Assembly: GCF_988242995.1 (NCBI RefSeq)
Contig: NZ_OZ547043.1
Length of the DNA stretch: 64,000 nucleotides
Reading direction: 5' to 3' (one strand)
In this document: positions 11,593 to 23,108 of the stretch, in pieces
How positions within the stretch are numbered: the first letter of the stretch is position 1
Layout: every line of letters starts with the position of its first letter
Program-made: the position numbers and the translations under genes
Notes under the pieces: model-generated
The model's database searches: none
Told to the model about the DNA's origin: nothing
What the model saw: the letters and a program-made list of their open reading frames with translations, nothing else

Positions 11593-11850
11593 CATGCATG
11601 TCTACGATGTGACGAGCGTTACCCACTCGCGCTAAACCCGAAAAATTCAAACGCTAATTGTCTTACCAATCCGCTCTGGAAACAAGGAAAATCCTGGAAA
11701 ACTTTGACTAAAATCCTATTGCTAACTCGTTGTTATTCTGATTGTTTATATAAAACAACGGCAGGAATATTCGCAACAAATTACTTTCGCCACGAATCTT
11801 CACTGTCGTTATAATTTTCTTATCAACCGTTACATCCGGTCAGATTTTCA

Positions 11851-12744
11851 TTATTCGCTTAACAGCTTCTCAATCCCTTTACGGAACTTCGCCCCTTCTT
11901 TGAGGTTGCGTAGTCCATACTTCACAAATGCCTGCATATAACCCATTTTTTTACCGCAGTCGTAACTGTCCCCAGTCATCAGCATGGCATCAACGGACTG
12001 TTTTTTCGCCAGCTCGGCAATAGCATCAGTCAGCTGAATACGTCCCCATGCACCAGGCTGAGTACGTTCCAGTTCCGGCCAAATATCGGCAGAAAGCACA
12101 TAGCGACCAACGGCCATGATGTCTGAGTCCAGCGTCTGCGGCTGATCCGGTTTTTCGATAAATTCGACGATGCGGCTGACTTTACCTTCACGATCCAGTG
12201 GTTCTTTGGTCTGAATGACGGAGTATTCAGAGAGGTCACCCGGCATACGTTTTGCCAGCACCTGGCTGCGGCCCGTTTCATTGAAGCGCGCAATCATGGC
12301 AGCAAGGTTGTAGCGCAGCGGGTCGGCACTGGCGTCGTCGATCACAACGTCCGGCAATACCACAACAAATGGGTTGTCACCAATGGCGGGTCGTGCACAC
12401 AAAATGGAGTGGCCTAAACCTAAAGGTTCGCCCTGACGCACGTTCATAATGGTCACGCCCGGCGGACAGATGGACTGTACTTCCGCCAGCAGCTGACGCT
12501 TCACGCGCAGTTCAAGGAGAGATTCTAATTCATAAGAGGTGTCGAAGTGGTTTTCGACCGCGTTTTTGGACGCGTGAGTTACCAGGAGGATTTCTTTGAT
12601 CCCTGCAGCCACAATCTCGTCAACAATGTACTGAATCATTGGCTTGTCGACGATCGGTAGCATCTCTTTGGGAATCGCCTTAGTAGCAGGCAACATATGC
12701 ATCCCTAGACCCGCTACAGGAATAACTGCTTTTAAATTCGTCAT
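11851..12744 (-). CDS. galF: UTP-glucose-1-phosphate uridylyltransferase-like regulatory subunit
   Basis: ORF track gives 11851-12756; conserved GalF N-terminus [44 protein letters not shown] starts at the internal Met (12744). Confidence 0.9.
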   Translation of the reverse strand: MTNLKAVIPVAGLGMHMLPATKAIPKEMLPIVDKPMIQYIVDEIVAAGIKEILLVTHASKNAVENHFDTSYELESLLELRVKRQLLAEVQSICPPGVTIMNVRQGEPLGLGHSILCARPAIGDNPFVVVLPDVVIDDASADPLRYNLAAMIARFNETGRSQVLAKRMPGDLSEYSVIQTKEPLDREGKVSRIVEFIEKPDQPQTLDSDIMAVGRYVLSADIWPELERTQPGAWGRIQLTDAIAELAKKQSVDAMLMTGDSYDCGKKMGYMQAFVKYGLRNLKEGAKFRKGIEKLLSE

Positions 12745-12918
12745 TATTTCATCCACCTGTAAAATGGTTGCTGAATTATAGCTTGTTCGATTTTTTTCGC
12801 CAGCATCAATTACCCTGAATTGATTACTGAATTACTTGTGATGTTACGCCGCTTCGTTGTGGATTGCAGTAGCATTGTTCCTAAGTATGGCTCCATTTTT
12901 CCAGGAATGGTCGCAAAT

Positions 12919-14313
12919 CTACTCCCTCCGTTCCGGCAATCTAAAGTTAATCTTTTCCACATTAACAATATGGTGATTTATCCTGTCGATATCGACGGAG
13001 CTTTGCCCTCTTTCATTCACCGCATGAACATTTGCAAGAGATAGCAGTGTTTCTTTTTTCGCCATAAAGACGCCGCGAACGTCTTTGCGCATGTCAAAGT
13101 TCATGCTCAATGCTGGTCCAACAGAGGATTTCTGCATCACCTTGATATTACGCATAAAAAGGTGTTGCGGTTTATTGTGTAGCTCAAGCGAGGCACGCTT
13201 CATCTCAATGTTAGTCAGTGCCACAAAGGAGACAGCATTCCCGGCGGAGATTTGGATGCCGCGCAATTTATAAGCAAGGTGAGTGTTATCCAGTTGAATA
13301 TTATTCACTCGGAAATTTTGCGGTATCGAGAGATATTTGCCTTTAATTACCCCATAGCCAATTAACATCCCGGCGCTATTAATCATTTCAATATTATCAA
13401 TCACGAATTTGTCACAACCGTAAATAGCGACTGTGGCGTTATCAATGCCTGCTTTCTTACTGAAATCCGGCGTGATATTGCGGGCTTTGATATTACGAAT
13501 AACAAAATGTTTACCATTTTCAACATGTATCAACTGCCGACAATCCGATCCCGTGATATTCGCCACGACAAAGTTTTTCACTGCCTGATCTTCCGGGTAA
13601 TTATTATCGTAAGTGCTTCCCGCAAGGCCTATGCCAATGCCCCAGTTGATTTTGCCGTTAGTACAGTTGATGCGCTCGATGACATGGTCGGAGATCAAAA
13701 TATCACTGTCGTTAATTGCCACGTTCCATTCAATGGCGTCGCCCTGTAAGTCGCTGAACTTACAGTTGGTGATGTTGGCACCGATTATCTGGTTATGAAA
13801 TCCCTGGCGTAAGATGGCGTAATTAGCGTGGCTAACGGTCAGGTTATCGATGGTCAGGTTGCGCATGACCCGTTTGTTTTTGCCGCCGATATAAATCTGC
13901 GTTACCGGACCAAAGCCGCTCATCGCCAGCCCTTTGATGGTGCAGTCAGAGCCGCGCACATCCAGGGTGATGTTATGCATACTGCCGCCCTCCTCCCCTG
14001 TCACCTGGCTGCCGTCCTGTAAGATAAATCGCCCTCTGCCGTTGCCGCGCAGGCTTCCAAGGATGTGTAACGTTTTACCTGCAGGAATGAAGATGCCGGT
14101 GTTGATATTGTCGCAAACCAATCCGGCAGGCACGACGACCGTTTGCCCTTCGCTGAAGGCTTGTTTAAATGAGGCGATCCAGTCGTGAGGGTTGTAGTCG
14201 TTAATGTTAACGCTTTGTCGGGCGGGAAGTGCGCGAGCGAAAGGGGTATGGAGGAAGGCAAGGGCCGAGCTTGCCGTCAGGAAGGTGCGTCGGGAGAGTT
14301 TTTTAAATGGCAT
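12919..14313 (-). CDS. wcaM: Colanic acid biosynthesis protein WcaM
   Basis: 464 aa; [28 protein letters not shown] is an RR-type signal peptide; position and length fit WcaM. Confidence 0.9.
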   Translation of the reverse strand: MPFKKLSRRTFLTASSALAFLHTPFARALPARQSVNINDYNPHDWIASFKQAFSEGQTVVVPAGLVCDNINTGIFIPAGKTLHILGSLRGNGRGRFILQDGSQVTGEEGGSMHNITLDVRGSDCTIKGLAMSGFGPVTQIYIGGKNKRVMRNLTIDNLTVSHANYAILRQGFHNQIIGANITNCKFSDLQGDAIEWNVAINDSDILISDHVIERINCTNGKINWGIGIGLAGSTYDNNYPEDQAVKNFVVANITGSDCRQLIHVENGKHFVIRNIKARNITPDFSKKAGIDNATVAIYGCDKFVIDNIEMINSAGMLIGYGVIKGKYLSIPQNFRVNNIQLDNTHLAYKLRGIQISAGNAVSFVALTNIEMKRASLELHNKPQHLFMRNIKVMQKSSVGPALSMNFDMRKDVRGVFMAKKETLLSLANVHAVNERGQSSVDIDRINHHIVNVEKINFRLPERRE

Positions 14314-14323
14314 ACGTTCTCCT

Positions 14324-15544
14324 CTATAAAGCCTGCAACAAGCTGGCGAGTTCTCGATTAATCACCTGCTGGTTAAAATCGTGTTCGACTTTTTCGCGAG
14401 CACGTTTGATAACCGGAGCCAGTTCGTTGGTGTCCAGTTGGCTAAATGCCGCCAGGCGTTGCGCCAGTGCGCGAGCATCGTTCTCAGGCACCAGCCAGCC
14501 GGATTTATCGGCCTCAACCAGTTCTGGTATTCCGCTATGCAGAGTTGAAACAACCGGAATGCCGACCGCCATTGCTTCCATTAGCGCCACCGGAATACCT
14601 TCCATATCACCATCCGCACCTGTAACCGATGGCAACAGGAAGACATCCGCGTCGTCGAGCATCGCTTTCACTTCATGGCTCGGTTTAAAGCCCGGCATCT
14701 CCACCACATCTTCCAGTTGATATTGTTCGATGAGGGTACGCAGGCGTCGTTCCCACGGGCCAATGCCGAGGATGCGATAGCGAAATGCCATGCCCTGCTC
14801 TTTCAACTGACGGCAGGCTTCGATCGCCACATGCAGGCCTTTTTTTTCAGTTAAGCGTGCGACGGAGATGATTTCCAGCGGCGTTGCGGGCGCTTTCACC
14901 GGACGCGGGCTAAAGCGCGTCATGTCCACGCCCATACGCGATACGGCGATTTTTTCTCTGGGGCAGCCCATTTTTTGCAGCCTTCCGGCCCACAAATCGC
15001 TTATCGGTAACATCAGGTCGCCACGGCGAAACAGTTGCTGATATTCGGGAGTGTAATGGTTGAGCACTTCCCGACTGGAAATATCAATGCCGTGGAAAAT
15101 AGTGGCAATTTTGCCGCGAATGACACCCAGTTCGCGTAGTTTTGCTGCGGTTACCCCCGCCGGGCCAAAATGAGCGATGAACACATCGGCGCGAAACGGT
15201 GTTGCGACCTGGCCGCAAATGGCAGACAAAATCAGGTTCCGCGACTCGGCACCATAGCGTTTGAGGTTGAGCGCCTGCCAGGTATTTTTACGATGAATGC
15301 CGCGCAAGGTCTGACTGGCGCGGTGGCGCAGCTTCGCCACTTTGCCCGTAGGTTCGTCCTGTAACCATCGGGTTCTGGCGGCAAGGTTGTATTTCGTCCA
15401 TGCCGCGTGGGTGTTTTGTGTGTCGCCTTTTTGCAGCGCGACAATCTCCACCTCAAAGCCCATATCAATAAACGCGGTAATTTGGTTGAGGACGAAGGTT
15501 TCCGACGACAGCGGAAATTTCAGTAAAAAGAAGCCAACCTTCAT
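14324..15544 (-). CDS. wcaL: Colanic acid glycosyltransferase WcaL (GT4)
   Basis: 406 aa; [22 protein letters not shown] start; stop overlaps the wcaK start. Confidence 0.9.
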   Translation of the reverse strand: MKVGFFLLKFPLSSETFVLNQITAFIDMGFEVEIVALQKGDTQNTHAAWTKYNLAARTRWLQDEPTGKVAKLRHRASQTLRGIHRKNTWQALNLKRYGAESRNLILSAICGQVATPFRADVFIAHFGPAGVTAAKLRELGVIRGKIATIFHGIDISSREVLNHYTPEYQQLFRRGDLMLPISDLWAGRLQKMGCPREKIAVSRMGVDMTRFSPRPVKAPATPLEIISVARLTEKKGLHVAIEACRQLKEQGMAFRYRILGIGPWERRLRTLIEQYQLEDVVEMPGFKPSHEVKAMLDDADVFLLPSVTGADGDMEGIPVALMEAMAVGIPVVSTLHSGIPELVEADKSGWLVPENDARALAQRLAAFSQLDTNELAPVIKRAREKVEHDFNQQVINRELASLLQAL

Positions 15545-16821
15545 TTCGCCTCCCCAATGCGTTCCAGTACGGACTGCACCATCTGCATTCCTGTCTGACG
15601 CTCACGACTGACGGCTTCGCTAAGTCGTGCGTTCAGCGCCGGAAGCTGGCCTAAGGTATCCGCAACCATCGCTTGCAGGCTGCCGTCCAGTAAATGACGG
15701 ATATCAATCGCCATCTCCGGTAGTCCCAACTGCTGCATAATCCCGGCGGATTTATGTTCATAGTTGATGGCAATCGCCGGAGTAGCAAAGTTCATTGAGA
15801 TAATGGCGGAGTGCAGGCGCGTACCGACGGTGAGTTCACAGGCCCCCAGAATTTTGCCCATTTCCAGATCGTTGAGTTCATCCATCACTACGTGATAACG
15901 GGCAGGATCGCTGATGTGCTGGCGTAGGTTGAGCGCCACCATTCGGTCGTCTTTGTTATAGCTGTCGATGCCCGTACAGGTGGATAGCGCAATCACCTGA
16001 TACCCTTCGTCGAGAATGCGATTGACCACCCCGGCAAAGGCTTTTTCATACGCTTGTTGAGTGGTGCCGAGACGTTTGTCGAACGGTGCCAGTTCGCGCA
16101 GGGTAATTGCCACCGTTTTCTGTTGTGCGGCAACGTCCAGCCAGTGTTGGACGGCATAGCTGGCGGTGAAATCTTCTGTGTGGTGATCGACCAGCCACGC
16201 GGTATCGACGCCATCTTCCACTTTTGCAGTGGTGATATTGCTGCGTTTCATCAGTTCGAGACTGACCGATTCGCGCAGGATCAGCGCGTTACAGTGACCA
16301 AAAACGTAGTTCGCCAGTTGGTTAAATTGCTCATCCTGGAAGGGACCGACGCTGTGACCAATCATAAACAGCGGCTTTTTCGCCATAAATGTGCAAAGCG
16401 CATGTTCAAACTGCGGCACGCCGTAGAGATCGACAAAAAACGATCCGCCGACCTGAATAATGGCGTCGTAACCTGACAGCAGGCGCACGAAGTCGGTGAA
16501 TCCCTGGGCGATGGCGATATTACGCAGCTTGCCAGTGTCAGTGACGCGTGAGAGCAATACCTGGTGTTGATAGCGGCGACGGAGGACTTTTTTAACGCGC
16601 CCGACAACGCCCGCCGCGCTGTTGTGTTGTTTCATTTGCAGGAACAGCGGATCGCCCATTACCGGGCGGTTGAGCAGCCAGGAAGAACTGACCGGATAGC
16701 GGCTCATCACGTCCACTTCGGCTTGTGGATTGAGGATGTTGATGGCATCAAGTAAGCCGCGCAAGATGGCGCTGTCGCCACGATTGCCGCAAGTGTGGTT
16801 GCCCAGAATAAGTAATTTCAT
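15541..16821 (-). CDS. wcaK: Colanic acid pyruvyl transferase WcaK
   Basis: 426 aa; MKLLILGNHTCGNRGDSAILRGLLDAI start; polysaccharide pyruvyl-transferase family. Confidence 0.9.
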   Translation of the reverse strand: MKLLILGNHTCGNRGDSAILRGLLDAINILNPQAEVDVMSRYPVSSSWLLNRPVMGDPLFLQMKQHNSAAGVVGRVKKVLRRRYQHQVLLSRVTDTGKLRNIAIAQGFTDFVRLLSGYDAIIQVGGSFFVDLYGVPQFEHALCTFMAKKPLFMIGHSVGPFQDEQFNQLANYVFGHCNALILRESVSLELMKRSNITTAKVEDGVDTAWLVDHHTEDFTASYAVQHWLDVAAQQKTVAITLRELAPFDKRLGTTQQAYEKAFAGVVNRILDEGYQVIALSTCTGIDSYNKDDRMVALNLRQHISDPARYHVVMDELNDLEMGKILGACELTVGTRLHSAIISMNFATPAIAINYEHKSAGIMQQLGLPEMAIDIRHLLDGSLQAMVADTLGQLPALNARLSEAVSRERQTGMQMVQSVLERIGEAK

Positions 16822-16882
16822 TTTTTCCTCATAAATTTGATGCCAGGTGAGGCTGCGTTTGTTTTGTTCGTTGCCGCTTTTT

Positions 16883-17069
16883 GCCTGATGCGACGCTGAC
16901 GCGTCTTATCAGGCCTACAAGACCCGAGCACAGAACCGTAGGCCGGATAAGGCGTTCACGCCGCATCCGGCATTCAGTGCCTGATGCGACGCTGACGCGT
17001 CTTATCAGGCCTACAGGTCCCGAGCACAGAACCGTAGGATGGATAAGGCGTTTTACGCCGCATCCGGCA
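16883..17069. repeat. BIME: four alternating REP palindromes
   Basis: gcctgatgcgacgctgacgcgtcttatcaggcctaca occurs twice, alternating with inverted gtaggccggataaggcgttcacgccgcatccggca-type copies, between wcaK and wzxC. Confidence 0.85.
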
Positions 17070-17096
17070 ACCGTTGTCGGAACCGAAAACAGCAAC

Positions 17097-18575
17097 TCAC
17101 CCCGCCCGTAAAAGCATTTTCATTTTTTCGCTGCGACAAAACTGACGCTTCACTTCCACCACCAGCGGATGGCGCGACAGCACAATCATCACCACAAACG
17201 CCAGCACGCCCGCGGCTATTTGCACCGCCAGCAGCATCCCCAGCGCCAGTTGCCCTTTCAGCACAATGCCCAGCGCATAACTAACCACCAGCGTCGGCAG
17301 CGAGAGGTAAAACGGCAGCCACAAACTCAGGATGTACTGGCGATAACTGGAACCAAGAACCGGTTTAATCATCACGAAGTAACTCAGAATGGTGTTGATA
17401 ATCTGCACCAGCAGGAAACCGAGCGTGACGCCGATTGCGCCCGCCATCTGCCCACCAATAACAATCGCCGGAATAAACAGAAAGGTTTTGAATACGTTGA
17501 ATTTAAAGCTGATGTCGACCCGCGCTTTCGCCATCAGCAGCGAACCAATCGGGTTACCCACGGAGCGCAGCAGACCCACAATACACAGCAATTGCAGCAC
17601 CGGAATAATGCTGTTCCACTTTTCGCCGAATACCAGCGGTACGAAGTTATTCGACACCACCATCAGCCCCAGCAGCGCCGGAAAGTTGATAATCCCCACC
17701 ACCGACAGCAGTTTGTAGAAGTTAATACGCAGCTTTTCGGTGTCGTCCTGAATTTTGGCAAACGCCGGAAACAACACACGGGTGATGATTGGGTTCAGCT
17801 TCATCGGTGGCACAACGGCCACGTTGTACGCCAGGTTGTACCCCCCTGCCACGCTCGCGCCGAGAATACGCGCCAGCACCAGCGTTGAAAGGTTGGTATT
17901 GAGATAGTTGATGATGCTGTCCGCCGTCAGCCAGGCACCAAAGCGTAAGTTCGGTGCCACCGACGCCAGCGAGAAATGCAGACCGGGGCGATAAATTTTG
18001 CGACCAAAGTAGCCAAACAGCAGCGTTCTTACCGCACTATTGACCAGATAACCGAGGATCGCGGTCATCGCCAGCGGCCAGAAATGGGCGCTAACCACCG
18101 TAAAAGTGAAGCCCGCCAGCACCGCGCTGGTTTCGATCATGCCGATTTTGTTGAACTCCAGTTCCTTCTGCATCAACGCGCGGAACTGCTGCCCGTGGGG
18201 GATCACCACAAACGCCAGCGACAATGTTTTAATCAACGGTGCCAGGTCCGGGTTGTTCAGCACGTCGCCGATGAGATCACTCAACAAAAACACCGCCACG
18301 CACACCACAAGCCCCAGCCCGACGTTCAGCCAGTACAACGTGGTGAGTTCAAGGTGGCTGATTTCTTTTCGCTGAATAATCGAGTTAGCGATACCAAAGT
18401 CAGAAAGCGTATCTGCCAGCGCGATGATCACCAGCGACACGGTAAGCAAACCGAACTGGTGGTTGTCGATAATCCGCGCCAGCACGGTCATCTGCACCAG
18501 CCCGAGGCCGATGATGATCACCGTGGCAATCGCCGACCACTTCGCGCCGCTGATGGTTTTTTCACGTAAGCTCAT
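17097..18575 (-). CDS. wzxC: Colanic acid repeat-unit flippase
   Basis: 492-aa polytopic membrane protein starting MSLREKTISGAKWSAIATVIIIGLGL. Confidence 0.9.
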   Translation of the reverse strand: MSLREKTISGAKWSAIATVIIIGLGLVQMTVLARIIDNHQFGLLTVSLVIIALADTLSDFGIANSIIQRKEISHLELTTLYWLNVGLGLVVCVAVFLLSDLIGDVLNNPDLAPLIKTLSLAFVVIPHGQQFRALMQKELEFNKIGMIETSAVLAGFTFTVVSAHFWPLAMTAILGYLVNSAVRTLLFGYFGRKIYRPGLHFSLASVAPNLRFGAWLTADSIINYLNTNLSTLVLARILGASVAGGYNLAYNVAVVPPMKLNPIITRVLFPAFAKIQDDTEKLRINFYKLLSVVGIINFPALLGLMVVSNNFVPLVFGEKWNSIIPVLQLLCIVGLLRSVGNPIGSLLMAKARVDISFKFNVFKTFLFIPAIVIGGQMAGAIGVTLGFLLVQIINTILSYFVMIKPVLGSSYRQYILSLWLPFYLSLPTLVVSYALGIVLKGQLALGMLLAVQIAAGVLAFVVMIVLSRHPLVVEVKRQFCRSEKMKMLLRAG

Positions 18576-18576
18576 A

Positions 18577-19971
18577 TCAATATGCCGCTTTGTTAACGAA
18601 GCCTTTGAATACCGTCAGGAAAACGATTTTGATATCGAACCAGACGCTCCATTCGCGGATGTACTCAAGGTCGAACTCGACGCGTTTTTCCATTTTCTCC
18701 AGCGTGTCGGTTTCGCCGCGCCAGCCATTAATCTGCGCCCAGCCGGTAATGCCCGGTTTCACCTTATGGCGCAGCATGTAGCCTTCAATGAGCTGGCGAT
18801 ACTGTTCGTTATGCGCCACCGCGTGCGGACGTGGACCCACAATCGACATCCCCCCGGTCAGCACATTGATAAACTGCGGCAGTTCATCCAGCGAGGTGCG
18901 GCGCAGAAAGTTCCCCACTTTGGTGACGCGCGGATCGTTCTGCGTCGCCTGAGTCACCACTTTGTCGTTCTCCATCACTTTCATAGAACGGAACTTCCAC
19001 ACTTTGATCGGCTTGCCATCCATGCCGTAGCGAGTCTGGCGGAAAATAACCGGCCCCGGTGAGCTCAGTTTCACCGCCAGCGCAATGCAGCACAGCACCG
19101 GGGAGATCAGCAGCAGGATAAGCGTCGCCAGCACAATGTCTTCTGCACGTTTTATCAGACGGTTAACCCCGGAAAGCGGCGTGTCATACAGCGGCACCAC
19201 CGGTACGCCGTTCATCTCTTCGATACGGGAATGGAGAATGTTGAAGGTAAAGACATCGGGGATCAGCAGCACCGAACAGGTGGTGTCCGCCAGTTGATGG
19301 ACCAGTTTTTTCACTCGCGCGCCGTCGCACATCTGCATCGCGATATAGACGTTATGAATCTTGCCCGCTTTCGCATCCTCGACCAGTTGTTGCAGATTGC
19401 CCGCCCAGTCGTTAGAAACGCCGCCCGGTTTTGGGTCGTGGTATACGCCCACCACTTCAAACCCTAACCACGGCTGATTACGGAAGCTCTCCATCAGCAT
19501 TTGTCCGGCGGCTAAATCCCCCGCCACCGCGACCATCCGCTTGTTATAGCCATGATTACGCAGCCAGCCCGCCCCAATGCGAATACATGAACGGCAAACC
19601 ACCAGTCCGATGCTGGTCAGCCCATACCACGCCAGCCAGATTTTCAGTTGCGTGTCGAAATCATTGTTGAACGCCACCAGTCCGGCGCTGAAAATCACGC
19701 TTAAGGTCCAGTTTTGTAGCAGCAGGGCAAATTCTGTCGCGGCCCGAACACCGCGCCATGAGCGATAAAAATCGGTGATGCCGCCCAGCATCTGGAACAC
19801 CACCAGCGTAATCAGCGCCACCAACAGGTGCATGTAGAGGAATGACAGTCCGCTGACTTCGCAAACCAGCCATAGCCCGGCAAACATGATGGTGATATCT
19901 GAAAAGCGTTGCACCATAGAGATTAACGATGCATTGGTTTTCGCTCGCTCGCGCTTTTTTAGATTTGTCAT
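18577..19971 (-). CDS. wcaJ: UDP-glucose:undecaprenyl-phosphate glucose-1-phosphate transferase
   Basis: 464 aa; N-terminal membrane domain and C-terminal sugar-transferase domain (PGITGWAQINGWRGETD). Confidence 0.9.
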   Translation of the reverse strand: MTNLKKRERAKTNASLISMVQRFSDITIMFAGLWLVCEVSGLSFLYMHLLVALITLVVFQMLGGITDFYRSWRGVRAATEFALLLQNWTLSVIFSAGLVAFNNDFDTQLKIWLAWYGLTSIGLVVCRSCIRIGAGWLRNHGYNKRMVAVAGDLAAGQMLMESFRNQPWLGFEVVGVYHDPKPGGVSNDWAGNLQQLVEDAKAGKIHNVYIAMQMCDGARVKKLVHQLADTTCSVLLIPDVFTFNILHSRIEEMNGVPVVPLYDTPLSGVNRLIKRAEDIVLATLILLLISPVLCCIALAVKLSSPGPVIFRQTRYGMDGKPIKVWKFRSMKVMENDKVVTQATQNDPRVTKVGNFLRRTSLDELPQFINVLTGGMSIVGPRPHAVAHNEQYRQLIEGYMLRHKVKPGITGWAQINGWRGETDTLEKMEKRVEFDLEYIREWSVWFDIKIVFLTVFKGFVNKAAY

Positions 19972-19991
19972 CGTTGTTCCTGTTATATTGT

Positions 19992-20095
19992 CGCCTCGCC
20001 CCTCACCCCGGCCCTCTCCCCAAAGGGGCGAGGGGGAGAAGAAAGTTCCGTGCTCACTTCTCTCCGCAGGCAGTAGAGCGTCAGGGTGAGGGGGA
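19992..20095. repeat. GC-rich imperfect palindromic element
   Basis: tcgcccctcaccccggccctctcccc aaa ggggcgagggggagaag ... cagggtgaggggg; nested complementary C-rich and G-rich blocks between wcaJ and cpsG. Confidence 0.4.
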
Positions 20096-20106
20096 AAGTA
20101 ATGACA

Positions 20107-21477
20107 TTACTCGTTCAGCAACGTCAGCAGAGTTCGCGTTCGCGCTTCCATCAGCGGCACATCACCGCGCGATTCCACATTCAGGCGCACCACCGGTTCG
20201 GTGTTGGAGGAGCGCAGGTTAAAGCGCCAGTCGGCAAAGGTCATGCTGATACCATCGGTGCGATCCACCGCCAGCGCCTCACGACTAAAATGCTGTTCGA
20301 CGCGATTAATCGCCTCAACGGGTTGCGCCAGTTTGCTGTTGATCTCACCGCTTGCCGGAAACGCCGCCATCCGGTCGCGCACCAGTTCGCCCAGCGTTTT
20401 TCCTTTCAGGCACACCAGTTCGGCTACCAGCAGCCACGGGATCATGCCGCTGTCGCAGTAAGCGAAATCACGGAAGTAATGGTGAGCGCTCATTTCGCCA
20501 CCGTAGATGGCGTCTTCCTTGCGCATCCGTTCTTTAATAAAGGCGTGTCCGGTTTTCGACATTACCGGGGTGCCGCCTGCGGCAGTCACCACATCAATAG
20601 TGTTCCAGGAGAGACGCGGATCATGGATGATCTTCGCGCCGGGATTTTTTTCGAGGAACGCTTCTGCCAGCAGGCCGACAATGTAGTAGCCCTCGATAAA
20701 CTGCCCTTTTTCGTCAAACAGAAAACAGCGGTCAAAATCGCCATCAAAGGCAATGCCCATATCCGCGCCGTGTTTGATGACCGCATTGCGGGTGTCGTCG
20801 CGGCATTCCGGCAGTAGCGGGTTAGGAATACCGTTGGGGAAATTGCCGTCCGGCGTGTTGTGCACTTTGATTAATTCCACGGGTGCGCCGAGGGCGTTAA
20901 AGCGGGCTTCGATAGCGTCCACCACCGGACCCGCCGCGCCGTTCCCGGAGTTGATCACCAGCTTGAGCGGCGTGAGGTTTTTGACATTGATATAACCGAA
21001 CAGGTGATCAACGTAAGCATCACGCAGATTGATTTGCTGATAGCGACCGCGTTTGGTTTCATCGACGGGAGGAAAGTCGTTGGCTTCAGCCAGACGCTGG
21101 ACGTCGCGCAGTCCGGTATCTCCGCTGATCGGGCGAGCCCCCTCGCGAACCAGCTTCATGCCGTTATAATCCATCGGATTATGGCTGGCGGTAACTTCAA
21201 TGCCGCCATCCACGCCGAGATGGAACGTGGCGAAATAGATCTCTTCGGTGCCGGACATACCAATATCCAGCACGTCAACGCCCGCATCCTGTAAACCTTT
21301 TGCCAGCGCCAGTTTTAAGGTTTCGCTGGTGAGACGGACATCACCGCCTAACACAATGGTTTTCGGTTTGAGAAATTCGCCATAAGCGCGACCAATGCGC
21401 CAGGCAATATCTTCATTCAATTCTTCGCCTAATTTCCCGCGAATATCATAGGCTTTAAAGCAGGTTAATTTTTTCAT
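20107..21477 (-). CDS. cpsG: Phosphomannomutase
   Basis: Conserved start [35 protein letters not shown] at the internal Met (ORF track begins 16 codons upstream at 21525); TASHNP active-site motif present. Confidence 0.9.
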   Translation of the reverse strand: MKKLTCFKAYDIRGKLGEELNEDIAWRIGRAYGEFLKPKTIVLGGDVRLTSETLKLALAKGLQDAGVDVLDIGMSGTEEIYFATFHLGVDGGIEVTASHNPMDYNGMKLVREGARPISGDTGLRDVQRLAEANDFPPVDETKRGRYQQINLRDAYVDHLFGYINVKNLTPLKLVINSGNGAAGPVVDAIEARFNALGAPVELIKVHNTPDGNFPNGIPNPLLPECRDDTRNAVIKHGADMGIAFDGDFDRCFLFDEKGQFIEGYYIVGLLAEAFLEKNPGAKIIHDPRLSWNTIDVVTAAGGTPVMSKTGHAFIKERMRKEDAIYGGEMSAHHYFRDFAYCDSGMIPWLLVAELVCLKGKTLGELVRDRMAAFPASGEINSKLAQPVEAINRVEQHFSREALAVDRTDGISMTFADWRFNLRSSNTEPVVRLNVESRGDVPLMEARTRTLLTLLNE

Positions 21478-21567
21478 ATCGTTACCCTTTTTCAGGCAAT
21501 AGTTGGTCCTGACCGAAGCGGCCAATTTTATTTTTGTCGTTATTTACACCGCGGTTTCGCATTCATT

Positions 21568-21668
<101 letters not shown>

Positions 21669-21669
21669 T

Positions 21670-23106
21670 TTACACCCGTCCGTAGCGATCCGCGAAGCGC
21701 ACCACATCATCCTCTTCGAGATAAGAGCCGGAGCGCACTTCAATTAAATCGAGCGGAATTTTCCCCGGGTTTTCCAGGCAGTGCGTCGCCCCCAGCGGAA
21801 TATAAATGGACTCGTTTTCACCAAGCAGTTTGATATCACCGTCAATGGTGACTTTTGCCGTTCCCGCAACCACCACCCAGTGTTCCGCGCGGTGATGGTG
21901 CATCTGTACCGACAAGCCCTCGCCCGGTTTCACGGTGATGCGTTTCACCTGGTAGCGGTCGCCCGCGTCGATAGAGTCATATTTGCCCCACGGACGATAC
22001 ACTTCGCGATGCACCCGATGCTCATGGCGACCATCGGCTTTGATCTGCTCGACCACTTTTTTCACATCCTGCACCGCGTTACGGTCGGCAATCAGCACCG
22101 CATCTTTGGTCTGCACCACTACCAGATCTTTCACCCCGACGGTGGTGACCAGGCCAGATTCGGCGTACACATAGCTGTTTTCAGTTTTGTGATTAATCAC
22201 ATCTCCGTGGCAAACGTTGCCCTCGGCGGTGTGGGCGCTAATTTCCCATAATGAGGACCAGGAGCCGACATCGCTCCAGCCCGCATCCATCGGTACCACA
22301 ACGGCATCTGCCGTACGTTCCATGACCGCGTAATCCACCGACTCTTCCGGGCAGGCGAGAAACGCTTCTTCATCCACACGAATAAAATCAAGATCCGGAT
22401 CGACGGAGCTCATCGCTTTTTCACAGGCATCAAGAATATCCGGGCGATATTTTTTCAGTTCTTCGAGATAGCGTCCGGCGCGGAACAGGAACATGCCGCT
22501 GTTCCAGTAATATTCGCCGCTTGCCACATAGGCCTGAGCGGTTTCAAGATTCGGTTTTTCGACAAACTGCGCCACTTCAAAGGCCACCGTATCCTGCTCA
22601 CCCGCAGACACTTCACCGCGACGAATATAGCCATAACCGGTTTCTGGTAGATCCGGCACAATGCCAAAGGTCACCAGCTTGCCCGCTTCGGCATATGGCA
22701 TGGCATTACGCACGGCGGCACGGAACGCGTCTTCATCGGCAATCACATGATCCGCCGCCAATACCAGCATTAACGGGTCGCTCTCCGGGCTATGACGTTT
22801 TGCCGCCAGCGCCGCCAACGCAATGGCAGGTGCAGTGTTACGCCCTGCAGGTTCGAGAATAATGTTCTCGGTGAGTTTGTTCAGTTGACGCAGCTGTTCC
22901 GCGACAATAAAGCGGTGCTGCTCATTGCAAATCACCACCGGGCTTTCGCACTCCACGCCGTTTAGGCGGCAGATGGTGGTTTGCAGCATGGTGAGATCGC
23001 CTTTCAGGCATAAAAACTGCTTGGGATAAAGTACGCGGGAAAGCGGCCATAAGCGGCTACCGGAGCCACCTGCCATCACAACTGGATAGAGTTTCGACTG
23101 CGCCAT
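21670..23106 (-). CDS. cpsB: Mannose-1-phosphate guanylyltransferase
   Basis: 478 aa; [32 protein letters not shown] nucleotidyltransferase N-terminus with C-terminal cupin domain. Confidence 0.92.
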   Translation of the reverse strand: MAQSKLYPVVMAGGSGSRLWPLSRVLYPKQFLCLKGDLTMLQTTICRLNGVECESPVVICNEQHRFIVAEQLRQLNKLTENIILEPAGRNTAPAIALAALAAKRHSPESDPLMLVLAADHVIADEDAFRAAVRNAMPYAEAGKLVTFGIVPDLPETGYGYIRRGEVSAGEQDTVAFEVAQFVEKPNLETAQAYVASGEYYWNSGMFLFRAGRYLEELKKYRPDILDACEKAMSSVDPDLDFIRVDEEAFLACPEESVDYAVMERTADAVVVPMDAGWSDVGSWSSLWEISAHTAEGNVCHGDVINHKTENSYVYAESGLVTTVGVKDLVVVQTKDAVLIADRNAVQDVKKVVEQIKADGRHEHRVHREVYRPWGKYDSIDAGDRYQVKRITVKPGEGLSVQMHHHRAEHWVVVAGTAKVTIDGDIKLLGENESIYIPLGATHCLENPGKIPLDLIEVRSGSYLEEDDVVRFADRYGRV

Positions 23107-23108
23107 AA

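Noticed and set aside
11545-11814. 89-aa plus-strand ORF in the galF-rmlB intergenic region
   Set aside because: Lies across the JUMPstart/ops leader on the opposite strand, with no RBS; the region is better explained as the operon leader.
17169-17888. 239-aa plus-strand ORF rich in His/Gln/Arg
   Set aside because: Entirely antisense to the well-conserved wzxC; composition is typical of an out-of-frame read of a GC-rich membrane-protein gene; no RBS.
19886-20222. Pro/Gly/Arg-rich short ORFs (67 and 97 aa)
   Set aside because: Generated by the GC-rich palindromic element between wcaJ and cpsG; not coding.
20086-20817. 243-aa plus-strand ORF
   Set aside because: Antisense to cpsG and begins inside the GC-rich palindrome; no independent support.
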